Shown: piece by piece, positions 38,771 to 47,819 of the stretch
How the letters are laid out: the number at the start of each line of letters is the position of its first letter
Numbering within the stretch: the first letter of the stretch is position 1
Assembly: GCA_036679605.1 (NCBI GenBank)
Contig: JAZDCZ010000407.1
Coordinates: 32,001 to 96,000, forward strand
From: Gemmatimonadota bacterium
Lineage (GTDB): Bacteria > Gemmatimonadota > Gemmatimonadetes > Gemmatimonadales > GWC2-71-9
Length of the DNA: 64,000 nt
Direction: 5' to 3'
Notes under the pieces: model-generated
Told to the model about the DNA's origin: nothing
Database searches by the model: none
The model's input: the letters and a program-made list of their open reading frames with translations, nothing else
Position numbers and translations under genes: made by a program

Positions 38771-38833
38771 TCGTCAGGCTCTCCGCCCCGTTCGTGCCGT
38801 AGATGGATCGTCAGGCTTTCCGCCCCGTTCGTG
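38771..38833. repeat. 26-bp direct repeat x2
   Basis: TCGTCAGGCT(C/T)TCCGCCCCGTTCGTG at 38771 and 38808. Confidence 0.8.
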
Positions 38834-38893
38834 GGTCGTTGAGTTGGATGTCATAGCTCATGGATCGGCTTTCTCAAATGTCGTCATGAGAAC

Positions 38894-38932
38894 AAAGGGG
38901 GGGACGAAAACGTCCCCCCCTTTTTTTTTTTA
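38894..38932. terminator. Intrinsic terminator
   Basis: GGGGGGGACG-AAAA-CGTCCCCCCC followed by a long T-run on +. Confidence 0.85.
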
Positions 38933-38948
38933 TTCATGCGATGATATG

Positions 38949-40790
38949 TTACTCGCCTGTCAGGGAGAGGTCGATCGTGGCGACCTTCTCCTGGGCGATA
39001 ATGTCGAGCGCGCCGAGCGTCGCCCGCACGGCCGCAGCACCATCCGGATCGACTTTGGACATGCCATCGAGCAGTGCCTGCACGGCGGGCGACCTCCCGA
39101 CATTCAAACCAAGGCTCAATCCACCGTTCTCGCCGCCGTACATCGCTTGTATTAGCGACATTGGTGCAGGCAGGTTCACGACCGCATAACTGCCGATGCC
39201 CGCTGCCCTCGCCGCCGCCTTGATTGCGTCATCGACGCCGCCGAGTTTGTCGGCCAAACCTAGTCCGATCGCTTGTGACCCAGTGTATACTCGTCCGCCA
39301 GCGATCTCGTCAATCGGCTTGGACAGTTTGTTTCCACGGCCCTCCGTGACGCGCGACTTGAATACGCCGTAGATGGTCTCCATCTGTGTCCTGACGATCG
39401 CCCTCTCATCCTCGCTGAACGGCGTGGAGGAACTGTATATCCCCGCGTGCGCCCCTCGTTGCGTTGTGTGCCATTTGACGCTAAGCTTGCCCCAGCCGCC
39501 TGTGGTGACGAATTTGCCGCCCACGACGCCGATCGACCCAGTTATGGTCGTTGGTTCCACGAAGATCATCCTCGCCGGTGTCGAGACATAGTATCCACCA
39601 CTGGCGGCGACATTACCCATGGAGACGAACAGTGGTTTGCGCTTGGCCAACTTGGCCGCCGCACTCCAAATAACCTCAGACGCGAGTGCTGATCCGCCCG
39701 GCGAGTTCACGCGGAGTACCACGGCCTTGATTGTCGGATCGTTCATAGCCTGCACGAGAGCCCTACGGATGGTCGTGCTGTAAGCGCCTTTCGATGCGCC
39801 GAACAGTCCGACTTTCTGCTCCCCGCTGTGGATCGCACCGTCCACACTGACGATAGCAATCGCGGCACCGCCAGGTACAGCCTGCATGGGCTTTCCTTTG
39901 AGCATCTTCGCGAGTTCCATGAACATCCCGAACGGATTGTCGGGCATGTTCGCGAACGGGTTCTCGTTGCCACCGCCGTAATTGGCACGTATTGGACCGT
40001 GCTGCGACGCAATGCGATTGATGAAGTCCTGCTGGTGTTCGACGGAGTCAATTAGGCCAGCCGCTAGCGCACCCTCGGCTAAATATGGACCGCCGTCAAT
40101 CAACGCACGAGCCTTCTCTGGCGTCACATGCCGCCCCTCCGCGATCATGGATATGATGGAGTTGTACAAGTCGTCATAGAGCCAACCACTCATGGCCTTC
40201 GCGGCATCGGACGGTCCGTCGCGGGTGATGGTCTCCGCTGCAGTCTTGAAGTCACCAATATGTATGAAGTCCGCTCGGACGCCCACCATGTCGAGCAGCC
40301 CTTTGAGGTATGCCATGCTTGAGTGCAGCCCAATCAGGTTCACGCTTCCTGTGGGCGTCACATTGATGTGTGTGGCCGCGCTAGCGAGCGCGTACGACGC
40401 AGTGCTGAGTGTGTCCACGGTGACATACACTTCCTTGTCCGCCGCCGCGAGCTTGAACATCTGTGCCCTGATCTCAGCGAGCTGGCCAAGGCCGTATGAG
40501 GACGCGTTGAGATCCAAGATCACCGCCCGAACGGATGAATCTTGCCGAGCCGCTTCTAAGCGAGACACCAGCTCGTGAGTTGTTTGCGCCGCGCCAGGCT
40601 GCGCTCCGAAGAGTCCTTGTTGCGCTGGCGTCTCTGTTAAAGCACCTACACGGATGTGTGCAATGCCTGCCCGTTTCTGCACAAGAGGCTGGTTGCCCTC
40701 AAACTTGAGGGTGAATTGCGCCTGTGCGGCACCTGTGAACGCGAAGACCGCCAAGGCCGCCGCGACGATGGTTGTTTTCCGTTTCGTCAT
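38949..40790 (-). CDS. sppA: Signal peptide peptidase SppA (two-domain type)
   Basis: LRVNSPGGSA, SMGNVAASGGYY, TITGSIGV, GRVYTG; signal peptide. Confidence 0.92.
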   Translation of the reverse strand: MTKRKTTIVAAALAVFAFTGAAQAQFTLKFEGNQPLVQKRAGIAHIRVGALTETPAQQGLFGAQPGAAQTTHELVSRLEAARQDSSVRAVILDLNASSYGLGQLAEIRAQMFKLAAADKEVYVTVDTLSTASYALASAATHINVTPTGSVNLIGLHSSMAYLKGLLDMVGVRADFIHIGDFKTAAETITRDGPSDAAKAMSGWLYDDLYNSIISMIAEGRHVTPEKARALIDGGPYLAEGALAAGLIDSVEHQQDFINRIASQHGPIRANYGGGNENPFANMPDNPFGMFMELAKMLKGKPMQAVPGGAAIAIVSVDGAIHSGEQKVGLFGASKGAYSTTIRRALVQAMNDPTIKAVVLRVNSPGGSALASEVIWSAAAKLAKRKPLFVSMGNVAASGGYYVSTPARMIFVEPTTITGSIGVVGGKFVTTGGWGKLSVKWHTTQRGAHAGIYSSSTPFSEDERAIVRTQMETIYGVFKSRVTEGRGNKLSKPIDEIAGGRVYTGSQAIGLGLADKLGGVDDAIKAAARAAGIGSYAVVNLPAPMSLIQAMYGGENGGLSLGLNVGRSPAVQALLDGMSKVDPDGAAAVRATLGALDIIAQEKVATIDLSLTGE

Positions 40791-40838
40791 TTTCAATCTC
40801 CTTTGTATGTGCCTGTTTTCCAGACTTTCCCAAAACAT

Positions 40839-41192
40839 TCAAAACTGCCTCGCTGAGTGCCGATCCTTTGGACACGGCGACTCCAACCTATAGGAGAAGG
40901 TCTCGAAACGGGCCCACATCCTATCGGACATGCAACGTACGACGCGCCAAGCGCCGTTCACGAAAATTATTGTTTCCTCAATCCTACCTGGTTCTTCGCC
41001 CGGCGGGTGTTCTAAGAGCAACCATGCGCGCCGTCTCGCAGCTCCCCCACCGCGCACCTTTGCGCGGTGCCAAAACATGTGATTATCTAGGTCATCCCTC
41101 ACGACAGCTCTATCGCCGGATTCCAGCTTGGCAAGAGTCTTCCTCCACTCAGCGTCAAGGTGCCTTCTGTCTTTCCTAACTGTCATGGCCAC
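40839..41192 (-). CDS. Hypothetical protein
   Basis: ORF coupled to its neighbours. Confidence 0.5.
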   Translation of the reverse strand: MAMTVRKDRRHLDAEWRKTLAKLESGDRAVVRDDLDNHMFWHRAKVRGGGAARRRAWLLLEHPPGEEPGRIEETIIFVNGAWRVVRCMSDRMWARFETFSYRLESPCPKDRHSARQF

Positions 41193-41490
41193 GCCCTTCT
41201 CCGCGTAGTTCTCTTTCGCGGGCCTCTGCGTCGAACTTGGCGTACTTCGTGAGCAGGTTCAGGTCGGTCGCCTTGTCGATTAGTTTCGCATTGGCCTCCG
41301 TGAGTTCCCCTAGAGCCTGTGTGAACTCCATCGCAGCTATCCTCCCAGCTTCGCCAGCTTTCTTGATATCCGCAGCTCTCTTACGGGTCTCCTCGGCCAA
41401 CATTCTCAGTGCAGATCTGCGATCCTCCGGCAGCGACTCTATTTGCTGTTTGAATTCCGCCATTGCCTCATTGAAGGAGCGTTCTTCCAT
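41176..41490 (-). CDS. Coiled-coil hypothetical protein
   Basis: Helical 104-aa ORF. Confidence 0.6.
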   Translation of the reverse strand: MEERSFNEAMAEFKQQIESLPEDRRSALRMLAEETRKRAADIKKAGEAGRIAAMEFTQALGELTEANAKLIDKATDLNLLTKYAKFDAEARERELRGEGRGHDS

Positions 41491-41520
41491 GACCTATAGT
41501 ATCCGACATTAGGGTTCGAG

Positions 41521-42465
41521 TCAAGGGTGTTCAAGGGAAAGCCATTCGGCGTATTTGGCCACACCGATGGCGTATGGGGTGGTGGCGCGCCAACCGAGTG
41601 CCTTTTCGGCCTTGCTTGTGTCGGCATGGGTCGTCATCGCATCGGCGGGGTTGCCTGACATCCGATCGAACTTCGGCACCACATCAAAGGCGTCGGCTAT
41701 CGTGTATATGGCATCCTTGAGCGTCACTGGTGATCCATTGCCTAGATTGTAGACCTCGTGTCCTGGCTGGGCGGCGGACTCCGCCGCGAGTATACCAGCC
41801 ACGATGTCGTCGATGTATGTGTAGTCGCGGCTCAGCGCGTCCATGTTGCCATATACAGGGATGGGCTTGCTATCCAACATCAGCTTGGCGAATTTGGACA
41901 GGACAAGGTCAGGCCTACATCGCGGGCCATAGACGCAGAAGAATCGTAGGGATGTTATCGCGAGGTCGGGATTGCATATGGCGTGGGCGTCGCACATCTT
42001 CTCGGCCGCCAGTTTGGTGGCACCGTACGGGCTTATTGGTTTCGTCGGTCCAGACTCAGGCGTCGGAGCTGGCACATCTCCGTAGACCGACGAGCTGCTA
42101 GCCACGATGACCTTGCCGACCCCAGCGCTTGTGGCTTTGTCCAGCACAGATTGTGTGCCGACGACATTGTTTTTTGCGTATGCCTGCCCCATGCCGATGG
42201 ATGACCGTACACCCGGCGTCGCGGCCATATGAAACACTGTGTCCGCGCCGAGGTATGAGACTGATGTACTTGAATCCAGGATGTCCTTTCGGCAGAACGA
42301 GAAGTCAGGCAGAGACTTCAACAACTCCAGATTGCGAATCTTCTCGTCTGGGCCGTAGTATGCGTCGAGACAGTCAATCCCGACCACCTCCCGTCCCTCC
42401 CTCAAAAGGCTCTCGCAAAGGTGTGAGCCTATGAACCCAGCGCATCCTGTGACAATGGCTTTCAT
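41521..42465 (-). CDS. NAD-dependent epimerase (UDP-glucuronate 4-epimerase-like)
   Basis: VTGCAGFIGSH, ASSSSVYG, YGATK, LRFFCVYGP..RPD, RDYTYIDDI. Confidence 0.92.
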   Translation of the reverse strand: MKAIVTGCAGFIGSHLCESLLREGREVVGIDCLDAYYGPDEKIRNLELLKSLPDFSFCRKDILDSSTSVSYLGADTVFHMAATPGVRSSIGMGQAYAKNNVVGTQSVLDKATSAGVGKVIVASSSSVYGDVPAPTPESGPTKPISPYGATKLAAEKMCDAHAICNPDLAITSLRFFCVYGPRCRPDLVLSKFAKLMLDSKPIPVYGNMDALSRDYTYIDDIVAGILAAESAAQPGHEVYNLGNGSPVTLKDAIYTIADAFDVVPKFDRMSGNPADAMTTHADTSKAEKALGWRATTPYAIGVAKYAEWLSLEHP

Positions 42466-42770
42466 AAAGTGCGAATACATCCTTTTCGCGTACATGAGAC
42501 TGAAACCAGCCTTAAACCCTGTCGAACCTAAAAGCCTGTGAGATTTACCGCATGCCTTAACCCAAACCAAGTTCCACGTCGTTCACGGGTACTAAATGCC
42601 GTTTGGTTATCGTGGCACATTTCATTATAGTGGACGCGGTTTCCAGTTTTTGTTCCCACATGGGGTATCTGCATGACCTCTCCAATGGCTGTTTGTTGTT
42701 GTTTTGAGCTTCGAGTCCGATTCGGAACGGCACTAAATGTGGATAGACCCAAAGCGAAGGAGGCACGAGA

Positions 42771-43469
42771 ATGTCTAGGGAACCATCGAATTTCTTCGTC
42801 GATAACCTCGACGGTACAAGGGTAGAGTCGAGTATCCTGCCGGCTGGCTGGATTGAGATTGATCAGCAGAGCGGGCAGATTTTCTTCAGGCACCTGCACA
42901 TGCCCGGTAACCCTGGTCGTGAGGTTCTTCCGACATCGGATGGTACTGGCATCTTTAACCCGTTCAATGTCGCGCCAGGCGGAGGAGGCTCTGGCATGCA
43001 CTTCGTGGAGTCCGTGTACCTATATGGACTCGCCCCCGGCGTGGCCATGGAGAATATGAAGGCCTGGATCGATGCCCGCGTAACTGAACTTCAGCTCGCG
43101 GTTGATGATTTAGTGAGCATATGGGACGCACGAACCGAGCCAACAGCCGTCATTTCGTCGCCAGGATCAGCCGCAGCGGGGGTCGCAGTGACATTTGACG
43201 GTTCGACATCATCCGTCGGCGTCAAGGCTGCTGGCTCATTGCCATCCGGTGCCATCCATTCTGGTGACACGGGAGACTTGTTTTACACTTGGGACTTCTC
43301 CGGCGCTGCGGTGCCGGAACCAGGTTCCACACTAGCAAGTGTGTCGCCAATTGTCAAGTTCAGTGCTGCTGGCACTTTTGAAGTAACCTTGACCGTCAGA
43401 GATTCCTTCGGCAGGACATACCCAGACTTCTCGTCGGCCAAGACATCGGTGATGTACACCGCTACATAA
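42771..43469 (+). CDS. PKD-domain protein (possibly structural or surface)
   Basis: AAGGAGG RBS; PTAVI, VTFDGSTS, YTWDF, GTFEVTLTVRDS. Confidence 0.75.
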   Translation: MSREPSNFFVDNLDGTRVESSILPAGWIEIDQQSGQIFFRHLHMPGNPGREVLPTSDGTGIFNPFNVAPGGGGSGMHFVESVYLYGLAPGVAMENMKAWIDARVTELQLAVDDLVSIWDARTEPTAVISSPGSAAAGVAVTFDGSTSSVGVKAAGSLPSGAIHSGDTGDLFYTWDFSGAAVPEPGSTLASVSPIVKFSAAGTFEVTLTVRDSFGRTYPDFSSAKTSVMYTAT

Positions 43470-43491
43470 ACTGTTCCATAATTCGTTTTGG

Positions 43492-43525
43492 AAAAAGAGA
43501 GCCGCCTTTGGTGGTTCTTTTTTTT
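43492..43525. terminator. Bidirectional terminator between convergent genes
   Basis: A-run, AGAGCCGCC/GGTGGTTCT stem, T-run. Confidence 0.75.
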
Positions 43526-43534
43526 GCGCGATGC

Positions 43535-44272
43535 CTATTCGATCTTCACTTGCATGGCGTCTGGGCAGTTCGCCTTCACATCTAACCACAACCGTCGCCG
43601 CGACCCTTCAGCATCCTTTGTGGCGATGCGGATGGTGTATACGGTCGTCACCCCCTCGCCTTCGGTGTAATCGATCGTTGTGGACAAAACCTTGCCCCCG
43701 TCCTCTGCTATTGCTATCAGAACCTTCTCGCCATTATCCCCGCCCTGATGGTGTGAGATGGTGAGTTTTATGTAGTGGTGGCTTGCAAGCAACCGATCCG
43801 CAGCGCGCAACGCCAAGAGGGCGAACAGCATAATGGTTGCCCCCATGCCTGCGACCACATACATTCCTTGACCGACCGCCAAACCGACCCCAGCGGTACA
43901 CCACAGTGCTGCGGCCGTGGTCAGGCCATGCGGCCTGAGTCCTTGTTTCATTATCACACCGGCTCCAAGGAACCCAATGCCTGCCACCACGCCGTAGGCT
44001 AACCTTGCGGGATCCAAGCGCACGACGCTGTTCGCGTCGAGGTGTTCATAGATTCGCGGGAGGTTCATGGAGGTCAACATCATAATGCAGCAGCCGAGAC
44101 ACACAAGTATCTGTGTCCGTAGCCCCGCCGAGCGTCCGTGCAATTCCCGTTCCAATCCAACCGCGCCGCCAATGGTCGCGGCTATCAGCATGCGAATAAT
44201 GGCCGCCCACTGCCAAGGTTCCAGCCCTAGCCAAGCCTTGGCACTGTTGATGATCTCGCTGAGGGTCTCCAT
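43535..44272 (-). CDS. MgtC/SapB family membrane protein
   Basis: GLERE..GRSAGLRT, DPARLA, GIGFLGAG, GLTTAA. Confidence 0.93.
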   Translation of the reverse strand: METLSEIINSAKAWLGLEPWQWAAIIRMLIAATIGGAVGLERELHGRSAGLRTQILVCLGCCIMMLTSMNLPRIYEHLDANSVVRLDPARLAYGVVAGIGFLGAGVIMKQGLRPHGLTTAAALWCTAGVGLAVGQGMYVVAGMGATIMLFALLALRAADRLLASHHYIKLTISHHQGGDNGEKVLIAIAEDGGKVLSTTIDYTEGEGVTTVYTIRIATKDAEGSRRRLWLDVKANCPDAMQVKIE

Positions 44273-44326
44273 ATTGCGATTATACCTAGCGGCTGGTAAA
44301 GTCCTTATTATGTTGATCGATACCCT

Positions 44327-44755
44327 ATGAATGTATGGTATTCAGTGAGACGGCTTCTTGCATCGACTGACGAGGAAAGCTATTATATGGAAGAGGCCTG
44401 CGCCTACTTTGCATTGGCCTTGCATGATTTTTTCGGCTATCGCATCCGGATGCTCATCGATAATGCCCAGGAGGACGAATGGGATGGCCAAACTTTGCCG
44501 CTTGTTGCGCATGTCTATACCGTAGATTCGGCTGGTAACGCGGTTGATATCAAAGGGAAGCGGAGCGAGACTGACATAAGGGCGGATTTTTTTGATCTAG
44601 TCGAGCCGACCATTTACGATCTTACGCCAGTTGAGCTGGAACATGAATGGATGGGCGATGACCTTCCGCTTCACGCGCCGTCGGGGTCTGATGTCGCCGA
44701 GGCAAAGGCTGTAATCACGGCGAATCCCAGTGTCTGGGCACCGAATCTGATTTAG
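44327..44755 (+). CDS. Hypothetical protein with papain-like C/H/D pattern
   Basis: ACAYFALALH...AHVY...DIKG. Confidence 0.55.
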   Translation: MNVWYSVRRLLASTDEESYYMEEACAYFALALHDFFGYRIRMLIDNAQEDEWDGQTLPLVAHVYTVDSAGNAVDIKGKRSETDIRADFFDLVEPTIYDLTPVELEHEWMGDDLPLHAPSGSDVAEAKAVITANPSVWAPNLI

Positions 44756-44822
44756 CCCTAATCTCATTGTCTTATATGGATTTCCTTTACTTGTTATTGT
44801 GTTTCTCCCCGTCCGCACTGCG

Positions 44823-45389
44823 ATGACTGACAGTGCTAAAAAACCAAGCAGGGGCAAGAAGGTCAAGCCCATCCGTGAGACTGCGTACGGCAGGCAACTT
44901 CTGGAACGGGTGGCTAACCTTGACGAGGAGTTCTGGGGCGGCGCGTTTGAGGCCGAGTTTGTCCGCGCCGTAGTAGGCGGCGATGACTATGCGACGGTCG
45001 CTGGCAGGTTTGGCATATCATACGAGATGGCCCAATACACAGTGCGCCGCCTGCTTTGGCGGTACGATGCTATCCTGAAACTCCAGGCGGGATTGGTCGT
45101 ACTTAACGATCGGAAGACTGACCTCGCTGCTGCTGGCCTGACGGACACCCAGCGGGAGGCTTTGCTCATGCTTCTCGCCGGTCGCTCACAGGCGCATGTG
45201 GCTGGGTCCCTGCAGATCACCCAAGCCGCCGTCAGCAGTAGACTTCGTCTCGCCAGCAAATTCTTGGAGAAGTTTTCGACCGATGAGGGCAACGAGTGGA
45301 TGTTCCCGCTCGCCGAGGCCGTCAGAATCCGCCGCAGCCGCAACACATTGACCGCTTTTCAACGCAAGTCCAAGGGATCGCGAAGTTGA
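44823..45389 (+). CDS. HTH / sigma region-4-like DNA-binding protein
   Basis: LTDTQREAL..GRSQAHVA..LQITQAAVSSRL; a second HTH upstream. Confidence 0.7.
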   Translation: MTDSAKKPSRGKKVKPIRETAYGRQLLERVANLDEEFWGGAFEAEFVRAVVGGDDYATVAGRFGISYEMAQYTVRRLLWRYDAILKLQAGLVVLNDRKTDLAAAGLTDTQREALLMLLAGRSQAHVAGSLQITQAAVSSRLRLASKFLEKFSTDEGNEWMFPLAEAVRIRRSRNTLTAFQRKSKGSRS

Positions 45390-45445
45390 CTTAGCCCCTC
45401 TGGCGATATATTATTTGTGGATTCATTGCAGTCAGGGGGAATCGC

Positions 45446-46648
45446 ATGAGATTCAGGTACATCAAGCACGACAGTCCGCTCGCCACGGCCGTCTTCACAT
45501 TCAAGGCAGGCAGTTTGACGGATCCAAAAGGGCAGGAGGGTGTCAGCCATTACTTAGAGCATGTTCTGCTGGATGCGAGTGACATGTATCCGGACGAGGT
45601 AGCCGTGTCGAATGCCTTCGCTGGTTTGGGCGCGCGGACCAATGGCGGGACTGGTTTTGGCTCTGTGTCGTATTACGGCACATGTCGCGCGAGCAAATTG
45701 ACCGAGATGGTCGCCATCCATTGCGATCTCGTGTCGGCTCCGCTGCTCAAGGATGACGATGTGGAGCGTGAGGGCAAGATTATCATGTCCGAACTAAAGG
45801 ATGGGCTGGACGACGCGATGTCCGTATTCTTGCACGACACGATCGGCTCGACCTTGGGTTGGCCGCCGATAGTTGGACATAAGCCGACGGTACTCTCCAT
45901 AACGGCTAAACAGATTCGAGAGCACTACGCACGCCATTATGGTAAGTCAAACCTCATGGTCACGGTGTGCGGTCCCGCGTCCGCAGAGGACGAGATACGC
46001 CGCAGGCTGGATTTACTCCCGACGCTCGCACCGACTGTGTTGGCCAAGCCTACGATCAACCTCGACGATAGGATGATCTCTAAGCCGAAGTTCGGGCAGA
46101 CGTGCCTAGCCATACTCGCGCCGACGACGCTTGGTCAGTCTAGTCATTTCAGGGAAAACCTTGTCGCATCCGTCGCGGCCAACTGCGTCGGCGGATCCGA
46201 CTTCAGCATGCTGTTTAGGCGTCTGCGAGGCGAATTAGGGCTGACATATTGGATCGGCTGCGGCGGGTTGGCTTGGGAGGACGCTGGGATGGTGTATGTT
46301 ATGAGCCAATTCGAGCCGAAACTCGTAGATCAGGTCAAGGCGGAAATCCAGGGTGTACTCAGGAAGGTAGTCTCCTCCGGCGTGCCGGAGGAGACGGTGA
46401 GGTTTGCCAAGGATGCTATGCTGACATCCGCCGCTGGTTCCTATGAGACGACAGGAGGCCGTGCGAGGCAATTTGAGAGTTACCATCTCGCCAGTGCTCT
46501 AGACATCCCCAACTCATACGCAGAGTACGAGGCGATGATATTATCCGTGGATCAGGCGGATGTCGATGCGCATGCTAAGCGGGCGTACGCGCCGATGCTG
46601 GATTCCGACGCATGCAAGACGGTGATCATGAACGCTCCGACACCATAA
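45446..46648 (+). CDS. M16 family zinc peptidase
   Basis: GS..DP..EGVSHYLEH, LF..LR.ELGL.Y. Confidence 0.9.
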   Translation: MRFRYIKHDSPLATAVFTFKAGSLTDPKGQEGVSHYLEHVLLDASDMYPDEVAVSNAFAGLGARTNGGTGFGSVSYYGTCRASKLTEMVAIHCDLVSAPLLKDDDVEREGKIIMSELKDGLDDAMSVFLHDTIGSTLGWPPIVGHKPTVLSITAKQIREHYARHYGKSNLMVTVCGPASAEDEIRRRLDLLPTLAPTVLAKPTINLDDRMISKPKFGQTCLAILAPTTLGQSSHFRENLVASVAANCVGGSDFSMLFRRLRGELGLTYWIGCGGLAWEDAGMVYVMSQFEPKLVDQVKAEIQGVLRKVVSSGVPEETVRFAKDAMLTSAAGSYETTGGRARQFESYHLASALDIPNSYAEYEAMILSVDQADVDAHAKRAYAPMLDSDACKTVIMNAPTP

Positions 46649-46768
46649 ATACACATGCGTGTATAATGGGATATGGCTAGGTTCTGTTTTTCCAAGGCGG
46701 AGTTGACGGATTTGTATGCAGCTAGACCGTGTTATTGGTCTGCCGCATCATTGCTAGGGATACGTCAG

Positions 46769-46936
46769 GTCAATTACCACCAGCACAAGGCCAGTGGCTT
46801 GCAGCGTGCGAATGCACGCTGTATGAAATCCCGTCGCATGGCTGGGATATTGACGCATGGAGTTTAGTACCTGTCTCATGCACGAAAAGGATGTTCTTGG
46901 CAGCATTGGTATCGGAATGACGACAAACACCGCACA
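46769..46936 (-). mobile_element. tnpB 3' end plus right end remnant (copy E)
   Basis: CGVCRHSDTNAAKNILF then hairpin and GGTAATTGAC. Confidence 0.88.
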
Positions 46937-46971
46937 GGGATAGATCCGCGAGACCGCAGGAGGTACGAGTA

Positions 46972-47739
46972 ATGGCCAGAAGCATTTTCGACTGGGAGCA
47001 CATGTTCACATATCTGGCAGGAAGTATTGACTTTTCCAAAGATCGCGGTTGCGGTTGGCGCGATGTTATCATCGAGAAGCTGACGAAGATCGGCATACCA
47101 AAGGAACGCATTCTCAATCCGTGCGACAAACCAGTATGCATAAGCCATAAGACAGTGAACGCAGACGAAGGTGAGTTGATGGATAAGTATAGGTCAGCTA
47201 GAGATTGGGGTGGTCTTGTCCGTGTTATGAAGGCTGTAGCCCACTTCGACCTGCGGATGGTGGACAAGTCGGACTTCATCATCGCAGCATTCCCGAAACT
47301 CGGTCGCGGTCCATTAGAGGATGACATTGCCAATTTCGAGAGGTCATACTCGGCCATCAAAGACTTCATCGGCAGAGGGCAGGCTGAGGGCATCAAACAG
47401 GCGCGGATCGACTTAAAGCATCTGAAGGATGTGTTTGAGCGAATGATGGGTCGGTTGGCGGATTCGCATGTACCCACATATGGTACTATGCATGAGATTG
47501 TCGTCGCACGGCAGCAGAAGAAACCAGTGTTTGTTATTTGGGAATCTGATGGCATGTCCACCTGCAGCGCTTGGCTGGCTTGGTTGGTAGGACACAAGAA
47601 TGTTTTCCGCAGCCTTGATTCCTGCGTCAACAAGATTGATAGGATCATGCACGACAGAGAATCGGTCGATAAGGAAGACTGGGTCATATTCGAGCTTTAC
47701 GATGATGCCATCAAGACCGAAGAAGCGTCCGCTAAATAG
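46972..47739 (+). CDS. Nucleoside 2-deoxyribosyltransferase-like protein
   Basis: YLAGSI..GWR, ILNP, D...V..SDFIIA, GT.HEI..A...KPV. Confidence 0.75.
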   Translation: MARSIFDWEHMFTYLAGSIDFSKDRGCGWRDVIIEKLTKIGIPKERILNPCDKPVCISHKTVNADEGELMDKYRSARDWGGLVRVMKAVAHFDLRMVDKSDFIIAAFPKLGRGPLEDDIANFERSYSAIKDFIGRGQAEGIKQARIDLKHLKDVFERMMGRLADSHVPTYGTMHEIVVARQQKKPVFVIWESDGMSTCSAWLAWLVGHKNVFRSLDSCVNKIDRIMHDRESVDKEDWVIFELYDDAIKTEEASAK

Positions 47740-47819
47740 CGGTGGACATCACCCGTATCTGATGCTATAGTTATACATGAGGAAATCCATTCATGGATTC
47801 AGTGCGCGTTCCGTAGGCA

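Noticed and set aside
38771..38833. Possible CRISPR array
   Set aside because: Only two 26-bp repeats 11 nt apart and no cas genes; looks like a local duplication among decayed mini-ORFs.
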